From the NCBI GenBank assembly GCA_029979185.1, contig JAPOIA010000003.1, forward strand, positions 1-44,146: a stretch of 44,146 nt of DNA, written 5' to 3'. Below, in pieces: positions 30,483 through 41,346 of this stretch (its first letter is position 1; the number at the start of each line of letters is the position of its first letter). Under the pieces are notes generated by a model. It was given only the letters and a program-made list of their open reading frames with translations. It searched no databases and was not told the origin of the DNA. Position numbers and translations under genes: made by a program. The DNA is from Alphaproteobacteria bacterium. GTDB lineage: Bacteria > Pseudomonadota > Alphaproteobacteria > Rhizobiales > Beijerinckiaceae.

Positions 30483-31472
30483 ATGACGATGCTGGCGGGA
30501 TGGTACGAACGCGGGGGACCGGCGCTGGAAGTCATCGAGACGGGGCAGATCGCCATCCCAGAACCGGGACCGGGAGAAGTGCTGGTTCGCCTGCATGCGT
30601 CGGGCATCAATCCATCGGACTACAAGAAGCGCGGCAATGCGAAAGCTGCGATGGAATTTCCGCGGATCATTCCACATTCGGATGGGGCAGGCACCATCGC
30701 TGGTCTGGGTGAGGGCGTCAGCGGCTTCAGCATCGGCCAGCGGGTTTGGACCTTCAACGCGCAGTGGGGCCGCGCTCATGGCACAGCGTCCGAATACATT
30801 GCGCTTCCCGCGAGTAAAATCAGTCCGTTGGCGGACAATGCCTCCTTTGTCGAGGGCGCCTGCCACGGCATTCCGGCGATGACTGCCGCCCGCGTGATCT
30901 TTCTGGACGGCCCGGTTTCAGGACAATGGGTTTACGTTCCCGCCGCGACCGGCCGGGTCGGCGCCTATGCGCTGCAATTCGCAAAATGGGGCGGAGCGAG
31001 AGTCATAGCCAGCGCCGGCAACAGCGAGCGGGCAGGGATGGCAAGGTCGATGGGCGCAGACTACGTCATTGATCGCAGCAGCGGCGATGTTGCCTCGAAA
31101 ATTCTCGATATCACAGGTGGTTACGGTGTTGACCGGATCGCCGAAGTGGAATTTGGCGGCAACATGGGCCTGAATGCCCAGATTCTGGCGCAGGACGGGG
31201 TCATTTCCTCCTATGCTTCCGCCCATGTTCCGAATGCGGAAATTACCGTTTCACCGCGCCGGGCACGCAACATGTCGATCCACTTCGTCTTCGTTTACAT
31301 GCTCAATCCCAAGGCGATCGCGGAAACATGCGCGCTCGTCAACAAGGCGCAGGCGGAAGACGCTCTTACCCATCGGATAGCCGGGACCTATCCGCTGCAG
31401 GAACTGGCGCAAGCCCATGCGGCTGCCGAGAAACAGTCCGGCACTGGCCACATGGTCGTGACGATGGATTGA
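30483..31472 (+). CDS. NADPH:quinone reductase (MDR / zeta-crystallin family)
   Basis: GINPSDYK, IPHSDGAG, GTASEY and ATGRVG; GGAGG RBS upstream. Confidence 0.9.
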   Translation: MTMLAGWYERGGPALEVIETGQIAIPEPGPGEVLVRLHASGINPSDYKKRGNAKAAMEFPRIIPHSDGAGTIAGLGEGVSGFSIGQRVWTFNAQWGRAHGTASEYIALPASKISPLADNASFVEGACHGIPAMTAARVIFLDGPVSGQWVYVPAATGRVGAYALQFAKWGGARVIASAGNSERAGMARSMGADYVIDRSSGDVASKILDITGGYGVDRIAEVEFGGNMGLNAQILAQDGVISSYASAHVPNAEITVSPRRARNMSIHFVFVYMLNPKAIAETCALVNKAQAEDALTHRIAGTYPLQELAQAHAAAEKQSGTGHMVVTMD

Positions 31473-31491
31473 TCTGCAGCTCCTGCAAATG

Positions 31492-31520
31492 AAAAGGCCG
31501 GGCAGTACGGCGCCCGGCCT
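31492..31520 (-). terminator. Intrinsic terminator between convergent genes
   Basis: AGGCCGGGC-N8-GCCCGGCCT 9-bp stem with an adjacent A-run (U-tract on the minus strand). Confidence 0.7.
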
Positions 31521-31545
31521 CTCCTGATCGCGGCAGGCCCTGATT

Positions 31546-32250
31546 TCAAAGGCCGAGCTGGCGGCGCGATTTGCGCACCATGTAGTCGAAATTGATCGTG
31601 TGCTGCTCGGGACGCGAAATCTTGTCGTGCAGTTTCATCACATCATCCCGCGGGAATTCTGGAGCAGTTTCGCCCGTCGCTTCAGCCAGCAACTGGATCT
31701 GGCAGGCGTTTTCCAGCATCAGCGTGAGAATCACGCATTCTTCCAGAGTGCGTCCGGCAACGGCGACGCCATGATTCTTGAGGAACGTCGCCTTGTAGGA
31801 TCCCAGCGATTTGGCAACGCCGGCGCCCATTTCCTTTGAACGTATAAGATCGATCGTATCGCGGTAGTCGCCGATGCCGTCGGCAAATACTGCGCCGCCC
31901 TGGCTGAAGGCGCGCAACGGGCGGCCTGTCGCCGACAGGGCCAGCGCATGGGTCGGATGCGCATGAATGACGCTGTTGATGTCCGGACGGACCTTGAAGA
32001 TCTCCGAATGAATGTAAACTTCGCTGTGTCGCGGACCGCCACCAGCGAGCTTTTCGCCCTCAAGATCACAGGTAACGATGTTTTCCATCGTCATTTCGTC
32101 CAGCCCGAAGCTGTGCGGCTTCATGAAGAATTTTCCCGGGTCGTTGGGATCGCGAATGGTCACGTGGCCCCGGGTGAAATCGCCGAGGCCCTGCGCCTCC
32201 AGAACGATACCGGCATCGATCAGTTTTTGTTTGGCTTCATCGGCGGTCAT
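31546..32250 (-). CDS. Class II aldolase/adducin family protein
   Basis: SEVYIHSEI, VIHAH and LKNHG metal-binding motifs; GGAGG RBS. Confidence 0.9.
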   Translation of the reverse strand: MTADEAKQKLIDAGIVLEAQGLGDFTRGHVTIRDPNDPGKFFMKPHSFGLDEMTMENIVTCDLEGEKLAGGGPRHSEVYIHSEIFKVRPDINSVIHAHPTHALALSATGRPLRAFSQGGAVFADGIGDYRDTIDLIRSKEMGAGVAKSLGSYKATFLKNHGVAVAGRTLEECVILTLMLENACQIQLLAEATGETAPEFPRDDVMKLHDKISRPEQHTINFDYMVRKSRRQLGL

Positions 32251-32411
32251 TTGAGCATTCCTCCAATAGTTTGGTTTTGGCAGACGATCTGACTTTTGGC
32301 GCTACCTGCTTACCGGTGCGTCCCCGGCGGGGTGGTGGACGATTTATTGCCACTATGCAAGCGATTTCAGCCGTGGCATTGGCAACACTCCAACAACAGG
32401 GGAGTTGCAGC

Positions 32412-32762
32412 ATGAGTATTCAACGCATCGGACCGGGACCACGCATGAGCAAGGCCGTCGTACATGGCAATACGGTCTACCTGTCAGGCCAGGTCGCAGA
32501 CAAAACCAAGGGCGGCAGCGTGGCCGATCAGACCCGCGAAATTCTCGACATCATAGATGGCCTGCTGGCCCAGGCCGGGACTGACAAGTCAAAAATCCTG
32601 TCCGTGAACATCTGGCTCGCCGATATCGGCGCCTTCGCCGAAATGAACTCGATCTGGGATGCCTGGGTCGACACTGCCAATCCGCCAGCCCGGGCGACCG
32701 TTCAGAGCACGCTCGCGGCACCGGACTACAAGGTCGAGATCGCCTGCATCGTGGCGAAATAG
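32412..32762 (+). CDS. RidA/YjgF/UK114 family protein
   Basis: VYLSGQV, FAEMN..W..W, PARATV and VEI. Confidence 0.92.
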   Translation: MSIQRIGPGPRMSKAVVHGNTVYLSGQVADKTKGGSVADQTREILDIIDGLLAQAGTDKSKILSVNIWLADIGAFAEMNSIWDAWVDTANPPARATVQSTLAAPDYKVEIACIVAK

Positions 32763-32799
32763 GTTCTGCCCGCGACAGAAATCCGGCGTATTGCCGGGT

Positions 32800-33576
32800 T
32801 TAGCTTTCCGTACCGTTAAGCGGATTGGTTGGGTCCCAGCCGAATTCCAGCTTTTCAAAGCGCATGGACAGCGCATCGATCAACAGCAGCTTGCCGGCCA
32901 GGGTTTCGCCAAAGCCGGCAATCTCCCGTATGACCTCCAGCGCCATCAGGGAACCAATGACACCGGTCAGCGCGCCGATGATGCCAGCTTCCGAGCAGGT
33001 CGGGATCGAACCTTCCGGCGGCGCTTCCGGAAATAGGCAGCGATAGGTGGGATAAGGTTCACCATCCGGACCCTTTGCGAAGGGCTTCAGAGTTGTCAGG
33101 GAGCCGTCGAATACGCCTACGGCGCCGGTGACAAGTGGCTTTTTCTCATAAAAGCACGCATCCGAAACGACATATCGCGTTGTGAAATTGTCGGAACCGT
33201 CAGCGATGATGTCGTAACCGCGGATAAGGTCTCGCACATTGTCGCTGGTCACCCGTGTATTGTGCCCATTGAACTGGACATGCGGATTGAGCCGCACGAT
33301 CGCGTCGGCAGCGCTTTCCACCTTAGGGCGGCCGATATCCGGCGTACCGTGAATTACCTGCCGCTGCAGGTTGGACAGGGAAACTTCGTCGTCGTCGGCG
33401 CAGCCGAGCGTGCCAACCCCGGCCGCAGCCAGGTATTGCAATGCAGGGGCTCCCAGTCCTCCGGCTCCGATCACCAGGACACGAGCCGCCTTCAGCTTCT
33501 GCTGGCCGGGCCCGCCCAGCCCATGCAGGACGATATGGCGGGCATAACGTTCGATTTCTTCGGAACTGAGTGACAT
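32800..33576 (-). CDS. moeB: Molybdopterin-synthase adenylyltransferase (MoeB/ThiF family)
   Basis: ERYARHI, GAGGLG, SNLQRQ, DGSDNF and YRCLF..P...C.EAG. Confidence 0.9.
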   Translation of the reverse strand: MSLSSEEIERYARHIVLHGLGGPGQQKLKAARVLVIGAGGLGAPALQYLAAAGVGTLGCADDDEVSLSNLQRQVIHGTPDIGRPKVESAADAIVRLNPHVQFNGHNTRVTSDNVRDLIRGYDIIADGSDNFTTRYVVSDACFYEKKPLVTGAVGVFDGSLTTLKPFAKGPDGEPYPTYRCLFPEAPPEGSIPTCSEAGIIGALTGVIGSLMALEVIREIAGFGETLAGKLLLIDALSMRFEKLEFGWDPTNPLNGTES

Positions 33577-33801
33577 GGAATTACCCTGACGGTGGCCGGC
33601 AATCCGGTCGGGATGAGGGGGGCGTTCTATGGGACGGGAACTTATACGCTGGACAGGCCTGCGGCAAAGCGCAATCCCGCGCCGCCGCAGGAGACCGTTG
33701 GTTTCTTCCGGCCATGCATGTATGTCTGGCGATGCCATGTCCGCAATGGCAAACACCGTGCTGGTCGGGCCATGGTCCGTTCCGGCTTCCGGAGATGACG
33801 G

Positions 33802-34515
33802 TTGTCGCAACGAAGCCTTCTCATAACCCTGTTTCTGACGCTCTATACGGGAACTATTTTCGCCAGCTGGCCGAACATCGACCTTGCTGTCGCCGGATTT
33901 TTCTACGACGGCGGATTTGCACTGGGTCAGAATTCGTTCGCACGGATGGCGCGCCGCTTCTTCTTCTACCTGCCATCCTTCATTCTTGCCGCGATGGCGC
34001 TTGCCTGGATGGCGCGCCGGTTCGACCTGACCGGCAGGGCCGTGATCGCCAACAAGGCCATTGGCTGGCTCGCGAAACGCAGTCCATCCGGACGCGGCCT
34101 GGTTTTTGCCGCCCTCGCCATGGCTTTGGGACCGGGCCTGCTGGTCAATATCGGCCTGAAGGACCATTGGAGCCGGCCGCGGCCGGTGCATGTGCAGGAA
34201 TTCGGCGGCAAGCAGACTTTCCGCCCATGGTGGAAAACGGACGGTGGGTGCCAGAAGAACTGTTCCTTCGTTTCCGGCGAAGTAGCCGGAGCGTTCTGGC
34301 TGGTGGCGCCGGCCAGCCTTGCGCCGCCGCCAGCCCGCACCCCGCTGATCGCGGCAGCCCTTGGCGTGGGACTCGTCACAGCGCTGGGCCGGATAGCGTT
34401 TGGCGGTCACTTCCTGTCAGATGCGATCTTTGCGGCACTGTTCACCCTGTTGATCTGTCAGCTGCTCTATCTTTTGATCATGGGCAGGAGCTCGGGCCGC
34501 GCAGCCGGCAGGTGA
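33802..34515 (+). CDS. PAP2 family membrane phosphatase (LpxF-like)
   Basis: KDHWSRPRP (C1), SFVSGE (C2) and RIAFGGHFLSD (C3); several TM helices. Confidence 0.85.
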   Translation: MSQRSLLITLFLTLYTGTIFASWPNIDLAVAGFFYDGGFALGQNSFARMARRFFFYLPSFILAAMALAWMARRFDLTGRAVIANKAIGWLAKRSPSGRGLVFAALAMALGPGLLVNIGLKDHWSRPRPVHVQEFGGKQTFRPWWKTDGGCQKNCSFVSGEVAGAFWLVAPASLAPPPARTPLIAAALGVGLVTALGRIAFGGHFLSDAIFAALFTLLICQLLYLLIMGRSSGRAAGR

Positions 34516-34545
34516 CTGCGACTTTCAAGTGACTGCGACTTTAAA
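34512..34545 (+). repeat. 17-bp tandem direct repeat (2 copies)
   Basis: GTGACTGCGACTTTCAA followed immediately by GTGACTGCGACTTTAAA. Confidence 0.85.
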
Positions 34546-34630
34546 GAGGGGTTGCGCCTTCGCTTGACGCCTCTATATTGCGCGCGATTTTCGGCCCGGC
34601 GGGCCGTTTCCTCCCAGATGAGAGACTTTC

Positions 34631-35857
34631 ATGGCTTCGCAAGACATCAAACGTGTGGTTCTGGCCTATTCCGGCGGTCTCGATACATCGATCATTCTGA
34701 AATGGCTCGAAACCACCTATGGCTGCGAAGTGGTGACCTTCACCGCCGACCTGGGCCAGGGCGAGGAACTGGAACCGGCGCGCAAGAAGGCCCAGCTGCT
34801 CGGGGTGAAGGACGAGCACATCTTCATTGAAGACGTGCGCGAGGAATTCGTTCGCGACTATGTGTTCCCGATGTTCCGCGCCAATGCCCAGTATGAAGGG
34901 CTTTACCTGCTCGGCACCTCCATAGCGCGGCCGCTGATCGCCAAGAAACAGATCGAAATCGCACGCAAGGTCGGAGCCGATGCGGTCTGCCACGGCGCTA
35001 CGGGCAAGGGCAACGACCAGGTCCGCTTCGAACTTGGCTACTATGCGCTGGAGCCGGACATCAAGATCATCGCTCCATGGCGCGAATGGGAGCTCAAGAG
35101 CCGCGAGCAGCTGATCGCTTTTGCCGAGGCGCACCAGATTCCGATCGCCAAGGACAAGCGCGGCGAAGCCCCGTTCTCCGTCGATGCCAACCTCCTGCAC
35201 TCGTCGTCGGAAGGCAAGGTTCTGGAAGATCCGTGGGTCGAGCCGCCTGAATATGTCCATATGCGCACGATTTCGCCGGAAGACGCGCCGGACAAGGCAA
35301 CTGAAATAACCATCGATTTCGAGAAGGGCGATGCGGTCGCCATCAACGGCGAAAAGATGTCGCCGGCAACGTTGCTGACCAAGCTCAACGAACTCGGCAA
35401 GGCCAATGGCATCGGCCGGCTCGATCTCGTCGAGAACCGCTTCGTCGGCATGAAGTCGCGCGGCGTTTACGAAACGCCCGGCGGCACGATCCTGCTGGCT
35501 GCCCATCGCGGCATGGAGTCCATCACCCTGGATCGCGGCGCCGCCCATCTCAAGGATGAGCTGATGCCGAAATATGCGGAGCTTATTTACAACGGCTTCT
35601 GGTTCGCGCCGGAACGGGAGATGCTGCAAGCACTGATCGACAAGAGCCAGGAACTTGTTACGGGGCGCGTCCGTGTGAAACTGTACAAGGGCAATGCATG
35701 GGTGACCGGGCGCGAGAGCCCCTATTCCCTGTATGACCAGGACCTCGTCACGTTTGAAGAAGGCGCCGTTGCCTATGACCATGTCGATGCGGCCGGCTTC
35801 ATCAAGCTGAACGCCCTGCGACTGCGGACGCTGGAAAAGCGCAACCGCCGTTCGTAA
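34631..35857 (+). CDS. argG: Argininosuccinate synthase
   Basis: [30 protein letters not shown] and [16 protein letters not shown]. Confidence 0.98.
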   Translation: MASQDIKRVVLAYSGGLDTSIILKWLETTYGCEVVTFTADLGQGEELEPARKKAQLLGVKDEHIFIEDVREEFVRDYVFPMFRANAQYEGLYLLGTSIARPLIAKKQIEIARKVGADAVCHGATGKGNDQVRFELGYYALEPDIKIIAPWREWELKSREQLIAFAEAHQIPIAKDKRGEAPFSVDANLLHSSSEGKVLEDPWVEPPEYVHMRTISPEDAPDKATEITIDFEKGDAVAINGEKMSPATLLTKLNELGKANGIGRLDLVENRFVGMKSRGVYETPGGTILLAAHRGMESITLDRGAAHLKDELMPKYAELIYNGFWFAPEREMLQALIDKSQELVTGRVRVKLYKGNAWVTGRESPYSLYDQDLVTFEEGAVAYDHVDAAGFIKLNALRLRTLEKRNRRS

Positions 35858-35992
35858 ATCAAGCGCTGGCGACGGCGGGCCGGACAAACTGCAATCATCC
35901 AGCTCGCAAAAGCATGGTTAACCACCGTTAACTTCTTGCTGCGATGTTTCGCGTTACACTCTGAATGATTCGCTCCGCATCTGCGGAAGTGG

Positions 35993-37429
35993 ATGCGTTG
36001 CATTCAGGTGTTGCGGAACCAAACACCGCCCCTGCCGTTCAATGAATCCGTGTTCCCCGTTTCCGCATCCGTATCCGCGGACTCTGCAGAGGATCAGCGA
36101 TTGCAGCGAACCATCTGGACGATCCTGGCTGGCGCCCTTGCTGTCATATCCATCGCCTGGGTCGTGTTTTTCTTTTATGGTCGCCCGACGGTCATCCGCG
36201 TTGCCGTGACACGCGACAGCGTCGACCACCAGATCATTTCCTCGGCAGCGAAGCTCCTTCAGCGCGAACGTTCGAGCATTAGGCTCAAGACAGTTCTGGT
36301 TGCAGATCCCGCAACCAGCGCCAAGGCGCTGGAATCCGGAAATGCCGATCTCGCAGTGACCCGTACGGATCTCGGCCAGCCGCTGAACGGCAAGGCCATG
36401 GTCATCATGCGCAAGAGCGCGGCTGTGATTGTCGCCCCGCAACTTTCGAAAATTTCCACTATTGCCGGACTGAAAGGCAAACGCATCGGTATCGTTTCGG
36501 ACGATGAATTCAGCTACGAAGACCGGCGCCTGCTAGGCACCATTCTCACCCATTACGATATCCCAACCAAGCAAGTAGCTTTCGTACCGCTTGAAATGGC
36601 GCAGATTTCCGCCGCCATCAGTGCCGGGATGATTGATGCTGTTTTCGTGATCGGCGTTGCAACGTCCAGCCCGGTTGCGGAAGTAGTCAGTATCGTCGCA
36701 GGCGCGGGAAAGGGGGAACCGAACCTCCTGTCGATCCAGCAGAGCTACGCCATTGCGCAATCGTCTCCGGCAATAACAGCTGCCAAAATCATGGCAGGCG
36801 CCTTCGGCGGCGCAACGCCCAGACCGGCAAAATCCGTCGAAAGTGTTGCAGTAACCACCCTGCTCATGGCCGATTCAAAGCTGAAGGATACAGTGGTCAG
36901 CACCCTGACCCGATCGTTTTTTGCACTGAAGCCGAAGATCGCCGCATCGATTCCCGATGCCCTGCGGATGGAAGCTCCGTCTACCAGCAAGGATGCGGCA
37001 CTGCCGGTGCATCCAGGCGCAGCCGCATTCCTCGACGGCGAAGACCTGTCGCTGATGATGCGATACGGCGACTTCATCTATCTCGGCGCAATGGTGCTGA
37101 GCATGATCGGATCGGCCATTGCGGCGCTCCTCAGCCGCGCCAATACGTCTGGACGGCGACGTATGGACGGGATTCTCGCCAGACTGATGGCGATGCTGGC
37201 GGAAATACGGATGGCCGACAATCCGGCGATGCTGAAGCTGGCGGAACTGGAAGCCGACGCCATCGTATCCGGGGCCCTGACCGGCAAGGAAGCGCGTGGC
37301 CTGGAGGCGGACATGGTCAGCGCCCTGGGTCTTGCGGTCGGACAGGTGCGCGAGGCAATTCGCGACAGGCAGGCCGAACTTGCCCGAAGTCCCTCCGCCC
37401 AGCATCCCAGCATCCGCATCGTATCCTGA
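35993..37429 (+). CDS. TAXI-family solute-binding protein with N- and C-terminal TM helices
   Basis: TM helix, LESGNADLAV, LKGKRIGI, LPVHPGAAAF, second TM helix and a helical tail. Start uncertain. Confidence 0.8.
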   Translation: MRCIQVLRNQTPPLPFNESVFPVSASVSADSAEDQRLQRTIWTILAGALAVISIAWVVFFFYGRPTVIRVAVTRDSVDHQIISSAAKLLQRERSSIRLKTVLVADPATSAKALESGNADLAVTRTDLGQPLNGKAMVIMRKSAAVIVAPQLSKISTIAGLKGKRIGIVSDDEFSYEDRRLLGTILTHYDIPTKQVAFVPLEMAQISAAISAGMIDAVFVIGVATSSPVAEVVSIVAGAGKGEPNLLSIQQSYAIAQSSPAITAAKIMAGAFGGATPRPAKSVESVAVTTLLMADSKLKDTVVSTLTRSFFALKPKIAASIPDALRMEAPSTSKDAALPVHPGAAAFLDGEDLSLMMRYGDFIYLGAMVLSMIGSAIAALLSRANTSGRRRMDGILARLMAMLAEIRMADNPAMLKLAELEADAIVSGALTGKEARGLEADMVSALGLAVGQVREAIRDRQAELARSPSAQHPSIRIVS

Positions 37430-37633
37430 CGCCCGGAAGCCAACGCCACTATTGACCGTTTTCAAATTGCCGCCAGTGGTGTATGGAGCGCGCAAGCATC
37501 ACTTACATGGCATGGGACGGACAGGCTGCACTGGCGCGGTCGGGCTAAAACCCCGCACGCATCAATGCATTCGGCCCGCTCGTCCTGCCTTACCTTTTTC
37601 GGAGCGCCGTTCGAACCGGCAGAAAGTCCGACC

Positions 37634-39457
37634 ATGAAACTTCGCAATATCGCCATTATCGCCCACGTCGACCATGGCAAGACCACACTCGTCGACCGCC
37701 TTTTGCAGCAATCGGGCGCCTTCCGCGAAAACCAGCGCGTCGCCGAACGCGTCATGGATTCCAACGATCTGGAAAAGGAACGCGGCATCACCATTCTCGC
37801 CAAGGCCACATCGGTGGTCTGGAAGGATGTCCGGATCAACATCGTCGATACGCCCGGCCACGCCGATTTCGGCGGCGAAGTGGAGCGTATCCTGTCGATG
37901 GTCGACGGCGCTATCGTTCTCGTCGACGCCGCCGAAGGCCCGATGCCGCAGACCAAATTCGTGGTCGGCAAGGCGCTGAAAATCGGCCTCAAGCCGATCG
38001 TCTGCATCAACAAGGTCGACAAGCCGGATGCACGCGCCGACGAGGTGATCAACGAGGTGTTCGACCTGTTCGCAGCGCTGGATGCCAGCGACGAGCAGCT
38101 TGATTTTCCTATCATCTACGGTTCGGCAAAACAGGGCTGGATGTCGGACGATCCGGCAAAGCCATTGCAGGACATGGCCACCCTGTTCGACCTGGTGCTG
38201 GCCCATGTGCCGGAACCCACGGTGGAACAAGGGGGCTTCCGCATGCTCGGAACGCTGCTGGAAGCCAATCCCTATCTCGGGCGCATCGTGACCGGACGGG
38301 TGTTTTCCGGTTCGGTAAAGCCCAACCAATCGGTAAAGGTTCTCGACCGCGAGGGAAAAGTCGTCGAGCAGGGCCGGGTTTCGAAAATCCTGGCCTTCCG
38401 GGGCATTGAACGGGCACCTATCGAGGAAGCCGAAGCCGGGGATATCGTCGCGATAGCGGGCCTGGAAAAATTCAACGTTGCCGATACGGTCTGCGCCCTG
38501 GACGTGAGCGAGGCGCTGCAGGCGCAGCCGATCGATCCGCCGACCCTGTCGATGACCTTCCTCGTCAACGATTCGCCGCTGGCCGGGACCGAAGGCGACA
38601 AGGTTACCAGCCGCGTCATTCGCGACCGGTTGTTCAAGGAAGCGGAAGGCAATGTTGCTCTGCGGGTCGATCCGGCCCCCAATTCCGACGCCTATATTGT
38701 CTCGGGCCGCGGCGAGCTGCAGCTCGCCGTGCTTATCGAAACCATGCGCCGGGAAGGCTTCGAGCTCGGCGTTTCGCGCCCACAGGTCGTGTTCCGCAAG
38801 GACGAGACCACCGGCAAGCTGCTGGAACCGGTCGAGGAAGTCGTCATCGACGTCGATGAGGAACATTCCGGCGTTGTCGTGCAGAAGATGTCGGAACGCA
38901 AGGCCGAGATGATCGAAATGCGCCCGTCCGGCGGCGGGCGCCTGCGGCTGGTGTTCCATGCACCGACGCGCGGGCTCATCGGTTATCAGGGCGAACTTCT
39001 GACAGATACGCGCGGTACAGCCATCATGAACCGGTTGTTCCACGAATACGCCGAACACAAGGGCGAGATCGCGGGCCGTCACAACGGCGTGCTGATTTCC
39101 AACGACAAGGGTGAGGCGGTTGCTTATGCCCTGTGGAACCTGGAAGATCGCGGACCAATGATGATCGAGCCGGGCTGGAAAGTGTATCGCGGCATGATCG
39201 TCGGCGAGCATACCCGCGACAACGATCTGGAAGTAAACGTCCTGAAGGGCAAGAAGCTCACCAACATCCGCACCCAGAGCAAGGACGAAGCGGTGCGCCT
39301 GACGCCGCCGATCCGCATGACCCTGGAAAAGGCGCTGGCCTATATCGGCGACGACGAACTGGTCGAAGTGACGCCGAAATCGATCCGCCTGCGCAAGACC
39401 ATCCTCGATCCGAACGATCGCAAGCGGTCGGTGAAGGCGAAGGACGTGGCAGCCTGA
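37634..39457 (+). CDS. typA: Translational GTPase TypA/BipA
   Basis: [39 protein letters not shown] and [11 protein letters not shown]. Confidence 0.98.
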   Translation: MKLRNIAIIAHVDHGKTTLVDRLLQQSGAFRENQRVAERVMDSNDLEKERGITILAKATSVVWKDVRINIVDTPGHADFGGEVERILSMVDGAIVLVDAAEGPMPQTKFVVGKALKIGLKPIVCINKVDKPDARADEVINEVFDLFAALDASDEQLDFPIIYGSAKQGWMSDDPAKPLQDMATLFDLVLAHVPEPTVEQGGFRMLGTLLEANPYLGRIVTGRVFSGSVKPNQSVKVLDREGKVVEQGRVSKILAFRGIERAPIEEAEAGDIVAIAGLEKFNVADTVCALDVSEALQAQPIDPPTLSMTFLVNDSPLAGTEGDKVTSRVIRDRLFKEAEGNVALRVDPAPNSDAYIVSGRGELQLAVLIETMRREGFELGVSRPQVVFRKDETTGKLLEPVEEVVIDVDEEHSGVVVQKMSERKAEMIEMRPSGGGRLRLVFHAPTRGLIGYQGELLTDTRGTAIMNRLFHEYAEHKGEIAGRHNGVLISNDKGEAVAYALWNLEDRGPMMIEPGWKVYRGMIVGEHTRDNDLEVNVLKGKKLTNIRTQSKDEAVRLTPPIRMTLEKALAYIGDDELVEVTPKSIRLRKTILDPNDRKRSVKAKDVAA

Positions 39458-39570
39458 CTAGATCAGCGTGCGTTCAAATGGAATCATTTGAACGCGCACA
39501 AGCTGACCGGTTCCAAAGGGTAGAGCATCGTTTTACGAAAAACGAGGGCCACTTTTCGCATGTTACTCGA
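39458..39570. repeat. Two-hairpin palindromic intergenic element (RIME/Bru-RS-like)
   Basis: Starts CTAG. Hairpin GCGTTCAAATG-gaat-CATTTGAACGC enclosed by TCAGC/GCTGA; a second, degenerate arm TAGAGCAT...CGAAAA...TTTTCG. Confidence 0.6.
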
Positions 39571-40452
39571 TCACTTCTGGCATTTCGAGCAATAGAATGT
39601 CGAGCGGCCGGACTGGACCAGCCGCTTGACGATGCCGGTGCATCCGGGGCTGGGGCAGGGCTCGCCCTCGCGGTCGTAAACCCGGAAAGTATGCTGGAAA
39701 TAGCCCAGCGATCCGTCGGTCAGCCGATGATCGCGCAGGCTTGAACCGCCTGCGGCTATCGCCTCCTCCAGAACTTCGCGAATGATCCCGGCCAAAGCCT
39801 CGGCCCGGGGCGTAGGCCTGCCATCCTTGCGAGCAAGGGTTCGCGCCTCACGCTTCGGCGACAGGCCGGCGCGATGCAATGCTTCACATACATATATATT
39901 GCCGAGACCCGCGATGATCGTCTGATCGAGCAGGGCCGCTTTCAACGGCGCCTTCTTACCGGCGAAGGCCTGCGCCAGGACTGCCCCATTCAGCGCATTA
40001 CCCAGCGGCTCAATGCCGATTTTCGCAAAGAGCGGATGAACAGAAAGTTCCGCGCGCGGGACGAGGTCCATGAATCCGAAACGGCGCGGGTCATTATAAA
40101 TGACCGCCCGGCCGTTCGACAGATGGAGGACCACATGGTCATGGGCTTCGATCTTCGAACGCTCATGGTGAAAGGCGCCGGGCGTCTTCTCGTTTCCATC
40201 GTCGATGACGCGAAACGAGCCGCTCATTCCCAGATGCATGATCAGCACGTCGCCATTGTCGAGGTCGGCCAGAAGATATTTGGCGCGCCTGCCCATGGCC
40301 ACGATCGTTCTCCCCGCCAGCCGCCCGGCAAACCGGGGTGGAAAGGGAAAGCGCAAATTCGGGCGGCGCTGCTCAACCGAGACGATGGCGGCGCCGGCCA
40401 TAACCGGTTCCAGACCCCGGCGAACAGTTTCCACTTCAGGCAATTCAGGCAT
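39571..40452 (-). CDS. mutM: Formamidopyrimidine-DNA glycosylase
   Basis: [26 protein letters not shown] and a C-terminal zinc finger. Confidence 0.98.
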   Translation of the reverse strand: MPELPEVETVRRGLEPVMAGAAIVSVEQRRPNLRFPFPPRFAGRLAGRTIVAMGRRAKYLLADLDNGDVLIMHLGMSGSFRVIDDGNEKTPGAFHHERSKIEAHDHVVLHLSNGRAVIYNDPRRFGFMDLVPRAELSVHPLFAKIGIEPLGNALNGAVLAQAFAGKKAPLKAALLDQTIIAGLGNIYVCEALHRAGLSPKREARTLARKDGRPTPRAEALAGIIREVLEEAIAAGGSSLRDHRLTDGSLGYFQHTFRVYDREGEPCPSPGCTGIVKRLVQSGRSTFYCSKCQK

Positions 40453-40540
40453 GGATATTCATCACGATCAAAATTCCGATCCAAACTACATAGCCATCTT
40501 GCATGCTGCGCGCTATTATCCGTTTCTCAGGAGTAGAATT

Positions 40541-41335
40541 ATGGCAGGTTCGCAGCAGATGTCCCCAGAGATCGACAGGAACGGCAGCGACGATACGGCC
40601 GATTTCGGCTTCCGGCGCGTACCGCTGGGCTCGAAGCAGGCGATGGTCGATGACGTGTTCGAAAAAGTCGCCAGCCGCTACGATCTCATGAACGATCTCA
40701 TGTCTGTCGGCGTTCACCGGATGTGGAAGGATATCCTGGCGGCGCGCACCGGCGTTTCGAAGAGCCGACCGTTCCGGCATATCGATGTTGCCGGGGGCAG
40801 TGGCGACGTCGCCTTCCGGATTGCCGATGTCGGCGGGCCGAAGACAGATATCAGTGTTGTCGATATCAATCCGGACATGCTGAATGTCGGACGGCAGCGC
40901 GCCGCAAAGCGCAAGATCGCGGGACGGATCGCCTTCACCGTCGCCAATGCAGAGGAATTGCCCTTCGACGACAATACGTTCGATGCCTATACGATCGCTT
41001 TTGGCATACGCAACGTTCCTCGGCGCGACAAGGCGCTTCGCGAGGCCTACCGGGTTTTGAAACGGGGCGGCAGGTTCCTCTGCCTTGAATTTTCCGAGGT
41101 GAACGTTCCACTGTTCGACGATTTCTACCGGGCCTATTCCTTCACCGTCATTCCGGCAGTCGGCAAGGTGGTGACCGGCGACGGCCAGCCATATCGCTAT
41201 CTGGTGGAATCCATCGCCAAATTCCCGGATGCGGAAAGTTTCCGAGACGAGGTCTCAGCGGCTGGCTTCCGGCGGTCAGGATTTACGCGCCTCAGCGGCG
41301 GAATTGTCGCCATCCACTCGGGCTGGAAACTGTAG
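40541..41335 (+). CDS. ubiE: Ubiquinone/menaquinone C-methyltransferase
   Basis: [34 protein letters not shown] and YLVESI; AGGAG RBS. Confidence 0.96.
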   Translation: MAGSQQMSPEIDRNGSDDTADFGFRRVPLGSKQAMVDDVFEKVASRYDLMNDLMSVGVHRMWKDILAARTGVSKSRPFRHIDVAGGSGDVAFRIADVGGPKTDISVVDINPDMLNVGRQRAAKRKIAGRIAFTVANAEELPFDDNTFDAYTIAFGIRNVPRRDKALREAYRVLKRGGRFLCLEFSEVNVPLFDDFYRAYSFTVIPAVGKVVTGDGQPYRYLVESIAKFPDAESFRDEVSAAGFRRSGFTRLSGGIVAIHSGWKL

Positions 41336-41346
41336 GACCTGATCGG

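Noticed and set aside
33577-34410. Apparent 278-aa N-terminal extension of MoeB
   Set aside because: It is antisense to the PAP2 gene; MoeB similarity begins at MSLSSEEIERY (33576).
34541-35887. 448-aa ORF antisense to argG
   Set aside because: Mirrors argG almost exactly; a typical antisense shadow.
37562-39211. 549-aa ORF antisense to typA
   Set aside because: Shadow ORF caused by high-GC codon bias opposite a conserved gene; no recognisable motifs.
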